Assembly (NCBI GenBank): GCA_016284235.1
Contig: JAEEOK010000046.1
Coordinates: 333-64,332, forward strand
From: Succinivibrionaceae bacterium
Lineage (GTDB): Bacteria > Pseudomonadota > Gammaproteobacteria > Enterobacterales > Succinivibrionaceae
Reading direction: 5' to 3'
Length of the DNA: 64,000 nucleotides
Under the pieces are notes generated by a model, which did no database searches, had not been told where the DNA came from, and saw only the letters and a program-made list of their open reading frames with translations. A program made the translations under genes and the position numbers. How positions within the stretch are numbered: position 1 is the stretch's first letter; every line of letters begins with the position of its first letter. Below, piece by piece: positions 8,838 to 17,872 of this stretch.

Positions 8838-8973
8838 TCAATACATTTCGTAAGTATTTATATTTTTGAATTTAAACGGCAAAGTTTACAGCCCGGATTA
8901 CTTTATGATGTATCATGCTGATTTCAGAATCTACGCTATTCCTTAACAGAGCCGTTTGAACAAGTATGCTGAA
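8838..8973. repeat. Right arm of the inverted repeat that brackets the CARF gene
   Basis: 8841..8867 is the exact inverted copy of 5768..5794. 8936..8956 (CTATTCCTTAACAGAGCCGTT) is the inverted copy of 5678..5698. Confidence 0.85.
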
Positions 8974-9194
8974 AGCAGGAAATCAATCTGTTCACGCGAA
9001 AAAATCATTTCCGACCTTATAAAATTATCATCCGGTGCGAAATATGTGTCCAGATATGTAAACAGTGGTATGTTTGAACACACTTTGCATGATGCATGTT
9101 TGAACATACCTTGTAGTTTTAACTGTTTATGCTTCTTTTCCTGAGATTGCAAAAACGGGCAATGTTAAAGGCTGTGTTTCAATATTACTGCATC

Positions 9195-10160
9195 TTACTG
9201 ATCTGGATTTTCTGCCTCATCTGCATCGTCAATTACAGTAGGATCAAACAAATCCTCCGGTGTCTTGATTACAATCATGTCGCATGCAAGTTCATCCATT
9301 ATCATTTCAGCTGTATTGCCGATGACTGTTCCTGAAAAACCGTCTCTTCCTACGCTTCCCATCAGAACTGCTGTTGCATTCACCTCTTCTGCAACATTTG
9401 GAATAACATCCTCCGGATCTCCGGTTTGAATATGGACATTATCAGGAGAAATGCGGTGATCATCGGCATATCGTTTTATTTTGGAGGTATGATCGTTGAT
9501 AACAGCCTCGTTGTATGTGCTTGGAAGATATCCAGGAACCTCAATATATGTGTTGAGGAGAGGATTCGGTACGGCATGAACCAGGTGGATCCTGCATCCT
9601 GTGATTTTAGCCAGGATCTGAGCTTCCCTGAGAAGTTTTCTGTTTACACGGTTACAAAAACCGAGTTCTGTATAGCACAGAGCTACAAGAATAACTCCGT
9701 CGGCGATCCATTGCTTCTCTTTTACCAGAATAACCGGAATGGTTGCTTTTCTCAGCAGCTTCCAGTCGACAGGAGTCTGCAGTAATCCGTAGATAGAATT
9801 ATTTACTGCACATGTTTTAATTATCAGATCATAGTTTCCTGCTTTGAGTTCTTTTCCAAGAGCACTTCCTGCACTTCTTGACCATACCACTTTTACATTT
9901 ATGTTTTTGTTGTCAATATCGTGCTCTTTTATAACCTGTTCAACCTCAGCCTCCTTGGCATCGATTATTTTGGAGAGCATTTCCTCCTTTTCAGTAAAAG
10001 ACATGATTGTAGACAGTTCATAGGAAAAATCGAAAATTGCAAGAAAAACTGTGACCTTTACGTCGGGATCTCTTTTAGCCAGAAAAAAAGCTTTTTCCAG
10101 GGCATCAGTGTTGTAGCCACCTGCATCCAGTACAAGAATAATATTGCGGTATTTTTTCAT
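9195..10160 (-). CDS. uspE: Universal stress protein E (tandem USP domains)
   Basis: A 321-aa protein with FLAIFDFSYELSTIMS, TPVDWKLLRKATIPVILVKEKQW and GNTAEMIMDELACDMIVIK. These closely resemble E. coli UspE, and the acidic C-terminus also fits. Confidence 0.85.
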   Translation of the reverse strand: MKKYRNIILVLDAGGYNTDALEKAFFLAKRDPDVKVTVFLAIFDFSYELSTIMSFTEKEEMLSKIIDAKEAEVEQVIKEHDIDNKNINVKVVWSRSAGSALGKELKAGNYDLIIKTCAVNNSIYGLLQTPVDWKLLRKATIPVILVKEKQWIADGVILVALCYTELGFCNRVNRKLLREAQILAKITGCRIHLVHAVPNPLLNTYIEVPGYLPSTYNEAVINDHTSKIKRYADDHRISPDNVHIQTGDPEDVIPNVAEEVNATAVLMGSVGRDGFSGTVIGNTAEMIMDELACDMIVIKTPEDLFDPTVIDDADEAENPDQ

Positions 10161-10614
10161 ATTGATTTCAGATCACAGTGATCCGCCTCCGTGTGACATT
10201 GATGATGTTATCGTATCAGTTTGTTTATGAACGGTAGTTAACGCGTTTCAAAAAAATCAGATTTTAACTGTACATTTTGTTAAGAGGTTCAATATTTTGA
10301 CTATTTGATGTTGCTGTTCTTCAATGATTTATGAAGTAATCGCCGGTGCAGTGTTTCTATCTTCAGGTGTGCAGACCTGCAGTTTTGCTGTCGGCAGGGA
10401 CAGTGTCAAATCTGCTTCAGCAAGGATCTTCAAATGTAGTGTTTGAAAATTGTCGTTCAGTTTTTTTTTTCGATAAATTGTGGATAATAGGTTTCGATTA
10501 ATAGTGGATAACAGGTATTGTGCGGATGAATATGCTTTAAACTGGTTTTAGCGCTCCTGTGCGTTATGAACCAGCTCGTGCACAATAGCCTTTAATATTT
10601 TGCGGAGAATTGGC

Positions 10615-11397
10615 ATGTTTTGCAGAAATTGCGGAAAACAAATTAAGGACGAATCTGTTTTCTGTACCCATTGCGGTACCAGACAGATAGATCTGAAGAC
10701 GGGAATTACGAGTGTTGCATCTGAATCTAATGTACCTGTCTCTTCACCGGATTACAAAAACAATGAAGCAGCAGCGCCGGCAGTTGATATAGCTGAAGAT
10801 GTAATAGTTCTTGAGAATATGACGCCTCTGCTTATTGTTACTCTTGTTTTCTGGGTTGTTTTTCCGCTTGCGGGTCTTGTAGTCTATGTTTATTTGCTTT
10901 TCAGATCGAGAAATATTCTTACTCAGACTAAAGCAGTATTTGAAAGCAGAGGTTATGCACTTTATGCGGATGACATAGATGACATCCGCCGCCGCTGTGA
11001 GTTTATTTGGAGCTATATGAAGTATTCTCTTTTTTATGTAGTTGCACTGATTATATGTCTGGTCGGAGGTTTATTGCTTTCCATTATTGCAGGGTTAGAT
11101 TTTGGGGACAGACTGCTTGCTATAGGTTTAATTATTTTTTGCATTATTTTCGGTCTGATCGGTTTATGCTTTTTTCTTGTGTATTTTTATGCTCTCTACC
11201 AGTCTGTTTATTGTTTTATCAGATTTTTCAAAATTAAAGGATATGTTTACAGACTTTCAGCCGGTGGTCCGATTGACAAAATACCGGAAAGTTCGTCTAC
11301 TCAGGCATTGTGTTTGTTCTTCGGATATTTGGCTCTCAAGTTATTAATTGTAATTCTGGGCTATATACTGCCTTTAGTCGGAAGAGGAATGCAATAA
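10615..11397 (+). CDS. Zinc-ribbon membrane protein (N-terminal CxxC..CxxC, multiple TM helices)
   Basis: Reads MFCRNCGKQIKDESVFCTHCG, then several long hydrophobic segments. The ATG at 10615 is preferred over the TTG at 10600. Confidence 0.6.
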   Translation: MFCRNCGKQIKDESVFCTHCGTRQIDLKTGITSVASESNVPVSSPDYKNNEAAAPAVDIAEDVIVLENMTPLLIVTLVFWVVFPLAGLVVYVYLLFRSRNILTQTKAVFESRGYALYADDIDDIRRRCEFIWSYMKYSLFYVVALIICLVGGLLLSIIAGLDFGDRLLAIGLIIFCIIFGLIGLCFFLVYFYALYQSVYCFIRFFKIKGYVYRLSAGGPIDKIPESSSTQALCLFFGYLALKLLIVILGYILPLVGRGMQ

Positions 11398-11530
11398 GCA
11401 GAGAAGGGAAAGCGGGGCAGGCTCAGTTTTGGATTGAGGTTGGTTCCGACTGTTTAAAAGTGAATGTTAAAATTTGTTTTTTTCTCTGATTAGCAGGCAG
11501 ACGATTCTGCCGGTTGATTTTAAAGTGCAT

Positions 11531-11558
11531 AAAAAAGCCTGCTTGGTTTAGCAGGCTT
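11531..11558 (-). terminator. Rho-independent terminator of rne. The hairpin is shared with the convergent gene.
   Basis: A 9-bp stem AAGCCTGCT/AGCAGGCTT with a 6-nt loop. On the minus strand it is followed by TTTTTT. Confidence 0.75.
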
Positions 11559-11590
11559 TCGCATTTATTCAGTTTGAATTTTGTTTTATT

Positions 11591-14065
11591 TTATTCTTCA
11601 GATTTCTCCGGCTGTCCCATCGGTACGGCTGCGAAATTCGAAAGGGAATTTGCACCGGCTGCACGACCTGACACTTTCGGTTCGGTTCGCGCGAGTATGT
11701 AGTCTGCCTGCTGAATTCCCGGTGCCAGATCATGATGTTCAGGCAGGGCAGGTTCGCTGCGGGAAAATTCGATCTGGGTTGCTCCGGACGCCCTCAGGGA
11801 GTTGTCTTTATTGAAATCTCCAAATTCTCTGCCGCTGTATGCTGAGGTTTCAAGCAGCTGTCTGTGCTCAGGCTGGGCAGGAGCGCTTGTTGAGAATTTA
11901 ATTTCAGCAGCTCCGGCAGGGAAAATTCTAGGAGTCTGAATTTTTGCTGTATGGGCAGCGGCTTTCTGAGCGGCAGAATCAGTGCGGACAGCAGGTTTTC
12001 TTATGCTTTCAGGCTTCTGGCGAGGAGATATCTCCTGACTCTGAATTCTTTCGTCATTCTGTCTCACCCTGGTGCGTACATCACGGCGTTCTCTGCGCTC
12101 GCGACGTTCCCGCTTCTCTTTTGAAGTGTCCGGCGTCTGTACAGGTGTCGCATTCTGCTGTTGCTGGAACTGTCTGTGCTGCTCCTTGACGGCTGCAGGA
12201 TTCTTTTCAGTCGAAGCTGGTCTCTCCTGATTTTTCCTGCGGTTTATCTGTGATGCACGGTTTCTTTCATTCTGCTTCTGAGTCTGAACTTCAGTTCTGG
12301 AAGAGTTTCTGCGATCACTGTTTCTTCCGTGTCTCTGGCCGCGGTGGGAATTCTTTTCATTCTTTTTGCTGTCTGATGAACCGCTGAAAATTGATTTGAA
12401 TGCACCGGCAATCTTCTTGAAGAAGTTTGTGCAGGAAATCTTGGTAGGGGTAGGAGCAGGCTCCATATCCTGTACAGCCATAACACTGCTTACAGCCGCA
12501 ACCTGCTTGTCAGATGTACAGTTCTCCTTTTCTGGCACATATGCACGATCCTCGGATATGCGGTGCGCGGTTATATGCTCCTCCTCTCCGCGATCGTTTT
12601 TCCTCAGACGGTACACCTCGTAGTGCGGTGTTTCAAGATCCGCATTAGGAATTATGTAAATCTTTACGTCATGACGCTTTTCAATTGAACTTATTGCGTC
12701 CTTCTTGTCATTGAGAAGGTATGCACCCACCTTGATAGGAACCTGGGCATGAACCTGTTCGGTGTTGCTCTTAAGAGCCTCCTCTTCAATAAGATGCAGA
12801 ATCGAAAGAGAAAGCGATGAAACATCACGGATAAATCCCTGACCTTCGCAGCGCGGACATACATGAGTACTGGTGTCATTGATGGAAGGACGGATCCTCT
12901 GTCTTGAAAGTTCAAGAAGACCGAATCTTGAAATCTTGGCAATCTGGATTCTGGCGCGATCTGACTGTACAGCCTCACGCATGCGGTTTTCAACTTCACG
13001 CTGGTTTTTGGCGGGAGTCATATCAATGAAATCAATAACAAACAGACCTCCAAGATCTCTCAGGCGGAGCTGACGCGCTATTTCATCAGCAGCTTCAAGA
13101 TTGGTCTGAAGTGCCGTTTCCTCAATGTCTCCGCCCTTTGTTGCCTTTGCCGAGTTGATATCAATTGACGTCAGAGCCTCGGTAGGATCGATTACGATTT
13201 CACCGCCGGAAGGGAGTCTTACCTTGCGCTGGAATGCAGATTCTATCTGATTTTCAATCTGATAGTGGGTAAAGAGAGGTACTTCATCGGTGTAGAGCTT
13301 TATGCGGTTCGAGAATTCTGGACGGACCATGCTGACGTGTTTGAGAGTCTTTTCATAGACTTCCTTGTTGTCAATTATTATTTCACCGATGTCTGGTCTG
13401 AGATAGTCTCTTACGGCTCTGAGAATTACGTTGCTTTCCTGGTAGATAAGAAACGGAGCCGGTTTTTCGTTTGCAGCCTTCTTGATGAAATCCCACAGTC
13501 TGGTAAGGACCTTGAGATCCCATTCGAGTTCCTGGGATGATTTGCCTACACCAGCGGTGCGGATTATTATACCCATGCCGTGCGGAACACTGATACTGTT
13601 GAGTGCCTCTTTCATTTCATCGCGCTCATCGCCTTCGATTCTTCGTGAAATGCCGCCGGCACGCGGATTGTTCGGCATCAGAACAAGAAAACTTCCTGCC
13701 AGACTGATGTATGTGGTAAGTGCAGCACCTTTGAGACCGCGTTCCTCCTTTTCAATCTGGACTATCACTTCCGTACCTTCAGGCAGTGCTTCCTGCAAAT
13801 CTGTTCTTGATGAGTAGGTATGTCCGTCCTTGAAGTATTCTTTAGCTATTTCCTTGAGAGGAAGAAAACCGTGTCTTCCTACACCGTAATCCACAAAAGC
13901 GGCTTCGAGACTTGGCTCAACTCTTGTGATGACTCCTTTGTAGATGTTGGCCTTCTTCTGTTCATGTCCCGGACCCTCAAGATCCAGATCATACAACTTT
14001 TGGCCGTCTACCAGGGCAACGCGCATCTCAACATCCTGAGTTGCGTTGATTAACATTCTTTTCAT
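11591..14065 (-). CDS. rne: Ribonuclease E
   Basis: The N-terminus [30 protein letters not shown], an S1/catalytic half that includes [12 protein letters not shown], and an Arg/Pro/Gln-rich low-complexity C-terminal scaffold. Confidence 0.95.
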   Translation of the reverse strand: MKRMLINATQDVEMRVALVDGQKLYDLDLEGPGHEQKKANIYKGVITRVEPSLEAAFVDYGVGRHGFLPLKEIAKEYFKDGHTYSSRTDLQEALPEGTEVIVQIEKEERGLKGAALTTYISLAGSFLVLMPNNPRAGGISRRIEGDERDEMKEALNSISVPHGMGIIIRTAGVGKSSQELEWDLKVLTRLWDFIKKAANEKPAPFLIYQESNVILRAVRDYLRPDIGEIIIDNKEVYEKTLKHVSMVRPEFSNRIKLYTDEVPLFTHYQIENQIESAFQRKVRLPSGGEIVIDPTEALTSIDINSAKATKGGDIEETALQTNLEAADEIARQLRLRDLGGLFVIDFIDMTPAKNQREVENRMREAVQSDRARIQIAKISRFGLLELSRQRIRPSINDTSTHVCPRCEGQGFIRDVSSLSLSILHLIEEEALKSNTEQVHAQVPIKVGAYLLNDKKDAISSIEKRHDVKIYIIPNADLETPHYEVYRLRKNDRGEEEHITAHRISEDRAYVPEKENCTSDKQVAAVSSVMAVQDMEPAPTPTKISCTNFFKKIAGAFKSIFSGSSDSKKNEKNSHRGQRHGRNSDRRNSSRTEVQTQKQNERNRASQINRRKNQERPASTEKNPAAVKEQHRQFQQQQNATPVQTPDTSKEKRERRERRERRDVRTRVRQNDERIQSQEISPRQKPESIRKPAVRTDSAAQKAAAHTAKIQTPRIFPAGAAEIKFSTSAPAQPEHRQLLETSAYSGREFGDFNKDNSLRASGATQIEFSRSEPALPEHHDLAPGIQQADYILARTEPKVSGRAAGANSLSNFAAVPMGQPEKSEE

Positions 14066-14260
14066 ATAAACTCATTTTTCTATCCTTGCTGCAGCGTGTT
14101 ATAGCAGTCTCACGACTTGATACCCTTACAGAGGAATTTTCTATCTTTTTAAATTAACGCACCGGAAGGATGTTCATGTTTTGCGCTTATCCTTTCGGTG
14201 CAGCCTTACAGACAGTCTTACGAAAGAGGCCTCAGGCTGCTTTATGTAAAAGAAATTCAT
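14066..14260 (-). promoter_or_regulatory. Probable rne 5' leader with a long hairpin
   Basis: A 13-bp stem at 14159..14201 (GCACCGGAAGGAT / ATCCTTTCGGTGC, one wobble) lies in the untranslated region upstream of rne. E. coli rne is autoregulated through hairpins in a long 5' UTR. The leader boundaries were not determined. Confidence 0.35.
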
Positions 14261-14686
14261 TTTTCAGAAGATCTTAAAGCTTACCATGACGAGGCTGATA
14301 TCAGCTGTCCAATTCTGACCGGGTGTATAAAAATTATTTTTAATCTGCGTACAGACACACACACAACGGCACACTAACATTATCTCATAAGGCAAATGCT
14401 GTTGTGAACAATATCATATTCGGATCTGTGAACTTGGGTACTAAAACATCAGTTGTTACGATTTTATCTGATTGTTCCGTAAAACAGCGTCCTTTGGGGC
14501 GCGGATATGAGGTATAAAATTTGGTATAGTCTTTCTTGCTGGCAATGCACATAAGTTTTGTATACATGTCTCTATTTTATGGGATCTCCTGTTTTGGTAT
14601 AAATTTTCACGTAAATTTCATAATGGTCTTTTTGTTCAAAGAATCCTTTTGGTAGGTTTCTACCTCGGCCTGCAAGTTCTCTTTCC

Positions 14687-14772
14687 TTTCTAAGCTGTCA
14701 TGTGGCAAATAACGACACTGATCGGAATTCCAACCCGCATGGTCTTTCTAAGCTGCCTATGCGGCAGATAAC
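14687..14772 (-). CRISPR. Relic type I-F CRISPR array with two repeats and one spacer
   Basis: On the minus strand, 14772..14745 reads GTTATCTGCCGCATAGGCAGCTTAGAAA. This is a 28-nt I-F-type repeat with a CTGCC/GGCAG stem and a CTTAGAAA handle. 14713..14687 is a degenerate 27-nt copy, as expected for a terminal repeat. They are separated by a 31-nt spacer at 14714..14744. Confidence 0.8.
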
Positions 14773-15290
14773 TTTGCGTACTCCGAGGCAGCATTCTGTG
14801 GCTGACATTATCTGGTCAATGGTACAGCTCAGTAACGGTGCATATAGCATTTTGGCTGCCTTGGAATTTTTAAAAAGAGTACAAACCCACTCATGCGGAA
14901 GTTCGCCTTCACATACTGTTTCTGCTTCAAAAAGTTCTTCTAGCGATTCAGAACCTGTTAAAGTATTACCATCTTTTTTCGGGTTCCTCTACATTTCTCT
15001 CTCCTGCTCATGAAGCTGCAGAATAGCATCTAAGCCTATGACTACCGCCAGTTCTTCGTCCGTTAGACGGAGTCTGTCACGATATTCATCACCGGTTTGC
15101 AGAGTTAGGTTTTTTAGTCTAAGTGCCAGGGTAAATCGCAGAGTTCCCTCTTCCTCTTCAAGAGCCGCAGCTATTTTGCATTTGCTGTCGTTTTGCCGCA
15201 TCCTGTACCTTCGAGATTAAGAATAAACGCATCGCTGACAGAGGAATTCTCTTTTCTGAATTTTTTCACCGCAGCGGCAGACTGATCCTG
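14773..15290 (-). pseudogene. cas3: cas2/3 (type I-F Cas3 helicase) fragment, frameshifted and truncated
   Basis: Minus-strand frames read DAFILNLEGTGCGKTTANAK (Walker A). After a 1-nt frame change in an A-run they read IAAALEEEEGTLRFTLALRLKNLTLQTGDEYRDRLRLTDEELAVVIG, and then LYAPLLSCTIDQIMSATE. These resemble helicase motifs I to Ib of I-F Cas2/3. The reading frame ends directly at the CRISPR repeat. Confidence 0.65.
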
Positions 15291-15529
15291 TCAGATATAC
15301 TTTCCTTCAGATTTTTGTTTAAGACTTTTTATGATCCCGGTATGAGGAAGGCTGTTTTTTTATCGTTGGCAGGTAGAGTGAGACTTTAAGAGCCACATTT
15401 TTGACTCCGCACAGATGTTCATCCAGTTTTTATCTGCCATTGTGATCCTGATTGGTGTTTGCGTAAAGTGAATTTTCATTTTGCCACTTCGGATCTGAGT
15501 CAAGAGAGGAGAAAAGTGATCTCCGAGCA

Positions 15530-15751
15530 TCAGGAAAGTCGTGCATATCTGAGTATCAACCGCAGAGTTCCTAAGAGAATCGCTGTCGTATTGCACAGCG
15601 GTATGTTGAAACAGTTTTCCTGTTTGGATTTTTCGGCGAGATACAGCACCCTGCCGTCTTTTTGTAAAACGCGACAATGTTCTAAAAAATATAGGTTTGA
15701 TCTTTTGGAATGCAGAATTGATTTCAGCTCAGAAGATTTAAAACTTTCCAT
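15530..15751 (-). pseudogene. cas1: cas1 (type I-F) N-terminal fragment
   Basis: The 73-aa ORF reads SELKSILHSKRSNLYFLEHCRVLQKDGRVLYL..NIPLCNTTAILLGT. As I recall it, this matches the conserved N-terminus of I-F Cas1. The frame breaks after about 60 residues and the remaining roughly 260 aa are absent. Confidence 0.7.
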
Positions 15752-15952
15752 ATTGTCTTCTAATCTCTTATTCAGAACGAATATTAATGTAATATATGTC
15801 GAATAAATGTTAATTTGATGAGTTTATGTCACAAAATAAAAAATTTTTACAAAATTCTGTAAACTCATGCATATACATTCTGTATATGCAATCATCACTT
15901 TAACAGATATAATACCCACGCTTGTCTGCTATCTTTTTCTTTCGGAGTTCCC

Positions 15953-16936
15953 ATGCCGCTTATTGAATATTCTGTTCGTCATGTTGTTATAGAAAGTGAC
16001 AGAGACGGGCAGAGGGTTGATAATTTTCTCCTCGGCCAGTTCAAAGGTGTACCGAAAAGTTTTGTTTACAGGATCTTAAGAAGAGGAGAGGTCAGGGCCA
16101 ACGGCAAACGCATCAAGCCTGAGTACAGATTAAGAGCAGGAGACGAGCTCAGACTGCCTCCGGTCAAGGTGGAGGAGGCACCGGTAATAGCACCGTCTGA
16201 AAATCTTGATATTGTAAAGAGTCTTACCAGTTCTGTCATATATGAGACTCCGGAAATGATAGTGATCAACAAGCCTGCCGGTGTTGCTGTTCACGGAGGA
16301 AGCGGTGTGGATTACGGAGTCATCGAGGCGCTCAGAAGCGGCAGGAGTGATCTGCACTATCTTGAACTTGTGCACAGACTGGATCGCGACACGTCAGGAT
16401 GTTTAATGATTGCCAAGAAGCGCAGCGCCCTAAGATGCCTTCACGAGCAGCTTCGACTCAAGACCATGCACAAGCATTACTGGGCGCTGGTGCACGGAAT
16501 CTGGCCGCAAAGAATTTCCGTCGTAAATGAACCGCTTCTGAAGAATGTTCTCAAGTCCGGTGAACGCATGGTTACAGTAGACAGAAACGGCAAACCGTCC
16601 TGTACGGATTTCGAGGTTCTGAGAGTTTTTGAAAATTCCACTCTTGTAAAGGCCTCGCCTCGTACCGGAAGAACCCATCAGATAAGAGTGCACTGTGCTT
16701 TCAAGCATCATCCGATAGCCATGGATGATAAGTACGGTGACAGGCTGCTGGATGCCGGTTTTGAGCAGAACGGACTTAAAAGAATGTTCCTTCATGCAAG
16801 AACTCTGGTATTTACCGATCCGGGTACCGGAAAACTGACGACTGTAGAGGCGCCTCTTGATGAACAGCTGCAAGCTTTTCTGGATCGCCTTGCAGCCGAT
16901 GATGCAAAGAAATCTGAAAAAGGTGAAATGCGGTAA
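15953..16936 (+). CDS. rluC: 23S rRNA pseudouridine synthase RluC
   Basis: An S4-like N-terminus (RVDNFLLGQFKGVPKSFVYRILRRGEVRANG) plus the catalytic HRLDRDTSG motif. It is divergent from rne, as in E. coli. Confidence 0.9.
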   Translation: MPLIEYSVRHVVIESDRDGQRVDNFLLGQFKGVPKSFVYRILRRGEVRANGKRIKPEYRLRAGDELRLPPVKVEEAPVIAPSENLDIVKSLTSSVIYETPEMIVINKPAGVAVHGGSGVDYGVIEALRSGRSDLHYLELVHRLDRDTSGCLMIAKKRSALRCLHEQLRLKTMHKHYWALVHGIWPQRISVVNEPLLKNVLKSGERMVTVDRNGKPSCTDFEVLRVFENSTLVKASPRTGRTHQIRVHCAFKHHPIAMDDKYGDRLLDAGFEQNGLKRMFLHARTLVFTDPGTGKLTTVEAPLDEQLQAFLDRLAADDAKKSEKGEMR

Positions 16937-16957
16937 CAGTCACTGACAGTAGAAAGT

Positions 16958-17773
16958 ATGCCCGGATGTATATATCAGATGATGAATCTGCGGCAGTTTG
17001 TTTTAAATGAAGGTTTTAGAATGGAACTGAAATATAAAGAAGAAATTTTCGGCAAAAATGATGGTTTTTCAAAGATAAAACTCGTCATATTCGATGTGGA
17101 CGGGACTCTTGTTGATTCTGTAGGATGCATCGTATGGTGTATGCAGAAGGCTGCGGAAAACTGCGGAGTGCCGGTTCCGTCCGAAAAGGAGGTTCTGAAT
17201 ATCATAGGCATAACTTTAAGAGCCGCAGTGGCAAAGCTCTTTCCTTCACAGACTGATGAAAAGATTGATGTTATCACTGATGAATACCGGCATCTGTGTA
17301 CCAGACGCGAGGATGAGACTCCGAGTCCGTATTTTCCGGGTACGCTTGAAGCTCTTAAAAATCTGAAAAACCGCGGCTATCTGCTGTCCATAGCAACAGG
17401 CAAGTCAAGAAGAGGACTGGAGAGACTGTTTGCCACGGAGGGAATGAGAGAGCTGATTGATTTTGAAATGTGCGGTGATCAGGCAAAATCAAAACCGGAT
17501 CCTATGATGATGGAGCTGACATTGAAGCATTTCGGACTTAAGCCTTCCCAGGCTCTTATGGTCGGAGATTCAAATCTTGATTTGCGCATGGCTTTGAATG
17601 CAGGAGTTCCTTCAGCAGGCGTGACATGCGGTGTTCATGATGCGTCGATTCTTATAAAGGAGGATCCTCTGGTGATTGTGAAGAATGTGGCTCAGCTTGC
17701 ACGGATCCTTCCTGACTGCACAGGTATTTTCGTGAATGAAAAGACCGTCGGGCAGAAAATCTGCGTGCGGTAG
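16958..17773 (+). CDS. HAD-superfamily hydrolase (phosphoglycolate phosphatase-like)
   Basis: Contains FDVDGTLVDS (motif I) and VGDSNLDLRMALNAGV (motif IV). The true start may be the internal Met at about 17021 (MELKYKEE). Confidence 0.75.
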   Translation: MPGCIYQMMNLRQFVLNEGFRMELKYKEEIFGKNDGFSKIKLVIFDVDGTLVDSVGCIVWCMQKAAENCGVPVPSEKEVLNIIGITLRAAVAKLFPSQTDEKIDVITDEYRHLCTRREDETPSPYFPGTLEALKNLKNRGYLLSIATGKSRRGLERLFATEGMRELIDFEMCGDQAKSKPDPMMMELTLKHFGLKPSQALMVGDSNLDLRMALNAGVPSAGVTCGVHDASILIKEDPLVIVKNVAQLARILPDCTGIFVNEKTVGQKICVR

Positions 17774-17872
17774 GGTGCAGACGTTCGCCGGGTAAGATCC
17801 TGCTGCGATGTATGATGATTAATTGAATTAATCATTGATTAATGTCTCATTTGTGCTACTATTACGGGCGTT

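Noticed and set aside
8943-9152. Overlapping 69-aa and 62-aa ORFs on opposite strands in the AT-rich spacer region
   Set aside because: They are mutually antisense, AT-rich and without ribosome-binding sites. They lie in the repeat and motif region.
14702-15013. 103-aa ORF on the plus strand in the rne/rluC intergenic region
   Set aside because: It starts inside the first CRISPR repeat, spans the spacer and second repeat, and then runs antisense to the cas2/3 remnant. It is better explained as chance.
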